Shown here: piece by piece, positions 60,351 through 64,000 of the stretch | Numbering within the stretch: position 1 is the first letter of the stretch | Layout of the letters: every line of letters begins with the position of its first letter | Assembly (NCBI GenBank): GCA_043813075.1 | Contig: JBDRLL010000003.1 | Span: 125,811 to 189,810, forward strand | Source of the DNA: Candidatus Altiarchaeota archaeon | Lineage (GTDB): Archaea; Altiarchaeota; Altiarchaeia; IMC4; SCGC-AAA252-I15 | Length of the DNA: 64,000 nt | Direction of reading: 5' to 3' | The notes under the pieces: model-generated | Databases searched by the model: none | What the model was told of the DNA's origin: nothing | What the model saw: the letters and a program-made list of their open reading frames with translations, nothing else | Translations under genes and position numbers: made by a program

Positions 60351-62588
60351 CTAGGGTTCTCCCAGGATTGATGCTTTACTTGACGAGGCATCGTACTTAC
60401 CTATTATCTTCAGCTGCCTTTTAGTCAACTTCACCCTCCTGCCTGAAGCATCATAACGTACCCTAGAGGCAAATTCCTTTATCTGGCTTGGAGTCCATTT
60501 CGACACATTCTGGTAGTGCCCGGTATCCCTTGAGAACAAACCAACCTTGCTTGACTTGCATTTAACGCACTTGCTGACTATTGAGGGGTTAACGTGACCG
60601 CACTTGCCGCATATGGTAAGATCCCTTGTGAAGAGTGTGAAGTCACACCCCTTTGTGAATATGACCTTACGGATTGTCTTATGTAGTTCATCAGGGTTTA
60701 CCTGACCTTCAGACAAGTATATGTGGGTCAGATTCCGGGAGTTAAGCGCCTGATTCATGCTGGATTCAGCCCGTATTCTCGAGCTTAAACGTCCGGAGCT
60801 CACAGTATGGTCCTTAGAATAGTAGTAGGCTCCTTCGCCACCTGACGTAGAAGCCTTTAGATTATACCTCACGTTGTCGAGCATCGCAAAACGGGTGTAG
60901 CACAATCCCTTCGGGGTTCCAGACAAAAGGAAGTTGAGTTCACTCTCACCCCGGAATTTCTCCACCGTCTTGGTCATGAAACGCAACACCTTCCTGCCAA
61001 AAGACGCGCCACCCCTATTCGACAGGTCGTAGCCAGTGAACTGACGGGACAGCTCATTCAACCCGACATAGGATATCATGTACTGCTGTTTGTCTGGATT
61101 AAGATACCTGCCCCTACCCACAGACTGCCTCATGAAGGGGAGCATGTTCCGGTCGATGTTCTTTGAGATAATCTTCTTCTTGAGCAATAGGACTTCACGC
61201 GCCTTCTTAAGCCGGTTCTCCAGCACAGAATACAATTGGGAGAGGGAGGTGCTGTTATAGCCTGCCTGGGGAAGGTTGATTGTGACATACTGCATTATAC
61301 CCCTGCCAGCACCATACAACTGCCGTCCGCTCGTGTTATAGTAGGGTGTCCCGAACTTGGCTGACAGCAGAGATAACTTGTATAACAATCCCTCATCAAT
61401 CTTCTTGGACAGGTTTACCTTAAACTTCGGGAAGACAAAAGGCTTCCCGATATAATCACCACCAGTGTACACGTCAACCATAGCATCCAGTATCCTATCA
61501 GACTCATCAGCGAAATCAGCGTAGGTAACATTACTACTGACCTTGCCTCCTGGGCGCACCGCGGGGAGAGCCTTCAAATGACCGGGAATGCATGAATCAC
61601 AGTTAAGGGAGGAATAAATCGCCTGACCGCCATTACCGACAGAAGTCTGAGAAACCTCATAAAGCACCATCTGCACTAGCTGCTTCACCCACTTATACTG
61701 CAAGCCCTCAACGTATGGGGCGAGTATTACGTTGAAATGCTCTATCATCTGCTCCCTAGAACACTCCGTAGAACCTGCTACAAGCAACTTGACCGCATGC
61801 ATGAAAGCAGCCTCCGGATTCTTAGCTGGACCTGCCACAGCAGTGTATTCCCCGGTACCGTCCACCCGGATACCATTAATGAGGAATGAACGCATATCAT
61901 GGGAGAATGTGGTGGGCCTCAACGGGAAATAGTTCAAGTCATGTATGTGTATCTGACCGTACATGTGGGCGTCCGCCAGGTCTATTGGGAGTATGTTTAT
62001 GAGGGAGTATTCCCGGGTTATCTGATCCGACATCAGCTTGTGTATCGCCTCTGGACTATACTGTTGTATGTCGCGCGTACCGTCCTCTAACAGGTTTTTT
62101 ACGTCGTACACTGGCATACCAAGCCTTGTGTAACGGGCGCGGACGGATTCCATGCCGTGCTCGAGGAGCTTTACGTTGACTATCTCGCGTATCAGTGGGG
62201 CGGTAACGTAATTCAAGCGCATTCTGCCAAGTTCCTTCTCCACGGCAAGCGCTATGGTCTCCGCAAAAGAAGAGTCGACTTTAGTCTCCTTAACCAGCGA
62301 GTCGATTATCTTGCGGGAATTGAATCCTTCAAGGGAGGTTCTAGAAGTCCTCACCCTCATGCGGGAACGATAGACATACTGCTCCGCTATTGAAGGGTCT
62401 ATTTGGCATAATTTATCGTATACTATAGAGCGGATTTCATCGGTTGTCGTTCCTTCCCGTATATCACGACGCACTTCAGAAGCTAGCTTAGAGGCTATTT
62501 TAAGAGGGGCTCCCGCAGTCATGCAGGTCTTGACTATCTTGTTTCTGTCAAACTTTACCAAGATATTGCTCCTCTTGCGGATTTTCAT
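60351..62588 (-). CDS. nrdD: Anaerobic (class III) ribonucleoside-triphosphate reductase
   Basis: An N-terminal ATP-cone (VKFDRNKIV...) and a C-terminal Zn ribbon CGKCGH...CVKC. This is followed by a glycyl-radical-like SRDTGHYQNVSKW. Confidence 0.9.
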   Translation of the reverse strand: MKIRKRSNILVKFDRNKIVKTCMTAGAPLKIASKLASEVRRDIREGTTTDEIRSIVYDKLCQIDPSIAEQYVYRSRMRVRTSRTSLEGFNSRKIIDSLVKETKVDSSFAETIALAVEKELGRMRLNYVTAPLIREIVNVKLLEHGMESVRARYTRLGMPVYDVKNLLEDGTRDIQQYSPEAIHKLMSDQITREYSLINILPIDLADAHMYGQIHIHDLNYFPLRPTTFSHDMRSFLINGIRVDGTGEYTAVAGPAKNPEAAFMHAVKLLVAGSTECSREQMIEHFNVILAPYVEGLQYKWVKQLVQMVLYEVSQTSVGNGGQAIYSSLNCDSCIPGHLKALPAVRPGGKVSSNVTYADFADESDRILDAMVDVYTGGDYIGKPFVFPKFKVNLSKKIDEGLLYKLSLLSAKFGTPYYNTSGRQLYGAGRGIMQYVTINLPQAGYNSTSLSQLYSVLENRLKKAREVLLLKKKIISKNIDRNMLPFMRQSVGRGRYLNPDKQQYMISYVGLNELSRQFTGYDLSNRGGASFGRKVLRFMTKTVEKFRGESELNFLLSGTPKGLCYTRFAMLDNVRYNLKASTSGGEGAYYYSKDHTVSSGRLSSRIRAESSMNQALNSRNLTHIYLSEGQVNPDELHKTIRKVIFTKGCDFTLFTRDLTICGKCGHVNPSIVSKCVKCKSSKVGLFSRDTGHYQNVSKWTPSQIKEFASRVRYDASGRRVKLTKRQLKIIGKYDASSSKASILGEP

Positions 62589-62715
62589 GAAAGATTATGT
62601 GTCTGGATTCTATTAAACCGGAGAGCATGCGACAGGAAAATATGCGATAAGAGAAAGGGTTATATTCTATAAAACACATATAATACCGCTCTCTGGGGTT
62701 GGTGTCGAGGGCACG

Positions 62716-63918
62716 ATGCTAGAGTATCTGGCGCTAACCATTATAGGATGTCTGATGGGGGTGGTAACAGGACTAGTGCCTGGAGTCCACGTCAACACGG
62801 TATGCCTGTTGGGATTGACACTGTACCCTAGGCTTGGAGTTAACGTTGTCGAGTTCAGCGTCATCATGATCTCGATGAGCGTGACCCATACTTTCCTGGA
62901 CTTCATACCCTCCATATTCATAGGAGTCCCTGAAGAGGGAACCGCATTGAGCGTGCTACCAGCACACCAGCTTGTAATGAATGGAAAGGCCCTTGAGGCT
63001 GTGAAATTAACGGGTTATGGTAGTCTTATGGGCCTGTTATTCTCGGTTCTGATGGTCATACCAGCACTAGTGATACTACCAATGGCATATGAGAAGACTA
63101 GGAACGTCATCGTCTATGTGGTCGCCGCCTCCGCACTACTACTCATGCTAAGGGAAAAAGGAGTCAGCGGAAAAGTGAAGTCCCTCATCATATTCACGGC
63201 CGCAGGCGCTATGGGAGCTATTGTATTGAACATGAAGGCCATCTCAGAAACCCACGTGCTCTTCCCAGTGTTTGCTGGACTGTTCGGGTTAAGCAACCTG
63301 GTTTACTCCTTGAGGAGCAGGGTCAACAATATCCCGCAAGAGAAGTATGTGATAGTCAAAACAGATCGTGGAATGCTGTCCAGCGGACTGCTCGGCTCTG
63401 TTGGGGGGATGGTTGTCGGACTGCTGCCTGCCATGAGCCCGTCACAGATAGGGATAATCATGTCGGAGATATTCGGCGGCAGCGTACAACGATTCCTAGT
63501 GTCAGTTAGTGCGATAAACACTGCAGACAGCATATTCTCATTAGTGTCATTATACTCGCTCGGGAATCCACGAAATGGTGTGACTGTGATGATGGACAAG
63601 ATACTTGAAGTTGGAGCCCACCACTTCATGATGTTCACTGGAGTTGTATGCCTGACAGCCCCGATAGCATTAACCGCACACACGTTCATCGGGCGACAAG
63701 CGATGAGATACTTCAGTAGAGTGGATTACAGTAAAGTGTCGGCCGCCATAATCATATTCATCACGCTACTCGCTTGGGTTATGGAGGGGGGCCTCGGGGT
63801 TTTCATAATGTTTCTAGCGACAGCCATAGGCATTCTGCCGATAACAGCAGGAGTGAGTAGGACGCATCTTATGGGAGTCCTGATACTGCCGACCATACTA
63901 TTATACGCCAGCATATGA
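62716..63918 (+). CDS. TctA/DUF112-like polytopic membrane protein
   Basis: About 10 TM helices with N-terminal GVVTGLVPGVHVNT. The family assignment is tentative. Confidence 0.5.
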   Translation: MLEYLALTIIGCLMGVVTGLVPGVHVNTVCLLGLTLYPRLGVNVVEFSVIMISMSVTHTFLDFIPSIFIGVPEEGTALSVLPAHQLVMNGKALEAVKLTGYGSLMGLLFSVLMVIPALVILPMAYEKTRNVIVYVVAASALLLMLREKGVSGKVKSLIIFTAAGAMGAIVLNMKAISETHVLFPVFAGLFGLSNLVYSLRSRVNNIPQEKYVIVKTDRGMLSSGLLGSVGGMVVGLLPAMSPSQIGIIMSEIFGGSVQRFLVSVSAINTADSIFSLVSLYSLGNPRNGVTVMMDKILEVGAHHFMMFTGVVCLTAPIALTAHTFIGRQAMRYFSRVDYSKVSAAIIIFITLLAWVMEGGLGVFIMFLATAIGILPITAGVSRTHLMGVLILPTILLYASI

Positions 63919-64000
63919 AAGACGAATTTTTGGGTTATAGAGCCTTTAGCACCAGAATTCTTTGGTTTAAAAAAAAGGAATAGCCCTGAAAAAAATAGCA

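Overview
The window is a very gene-dense archaeal chromosomal segment. I call about 75 CDS in 64 kb. Most neighbours are under 60 nt apart or overlap by 4-25 nt. I found no rRNA, tRNA, CRISPR array, transposase or integrase by eye. GC looks moderate but was not computed.

The archaeal assignment rests on these genes:
- eL33
- the secE-spt5-rpl11-rpl1-rpl10(P0) cluster
- a DRG GTPase
- SRP54
- the eS1-Pcc1-uS15-RecJ/GAN-like cluster
- Nre
- archaeal-type UMP kinase and PheT

FtsZ and a folate pathway (folP, folC, fhs, purN) are present. The compactness, the many split or minimal genes and the divergent proteins suggest a small-genome lineage. That lineage call is inference only.

Recognisable metabolism and envelope functions:
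- four-subunit pyruvate:ferredoxin oxidoreductase
- aroE and aroD
- larB and larC (nickel-pincer cofactor)
- purM, ilvE, hisA, argC and pyrH
- class III RNR
- Trk K+ uptake and a CPA2 antiporter
- two processive GT2 synthases, a polyprenol kinase and a GT-C enzyme

Most interesting candidates:
1. An altered ribosomal-stalk locus. L11 carries a 4 x GEKPxKx heptad tail. P0 lacks the usual hydrophobic C-terminal peptide. A 706-aa multi-helix-turn-helix protein of unknown family sits where P1/L12 is normally encoded.
2. A translationally coupled operon with three paralogous secreted glutaredoxin-fold proteins and a TraB/Tiki-like membrane protein.
3. A GT2 / membrane-anchored CPDC thioredoxin-fold / GT2 operon.
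4. A 955-aa tandem AAA+ ATPase with an unrecognised 320-aa N-domain and non-aromatic pore loops.
5. A stand-alone PheT N-terminal (editing-domain) fragment.
6. A six-gene aroD-larB-TPR-larC-YkgJ-like operon.

All functional calls come from motif recognition by eye. No database search was run.
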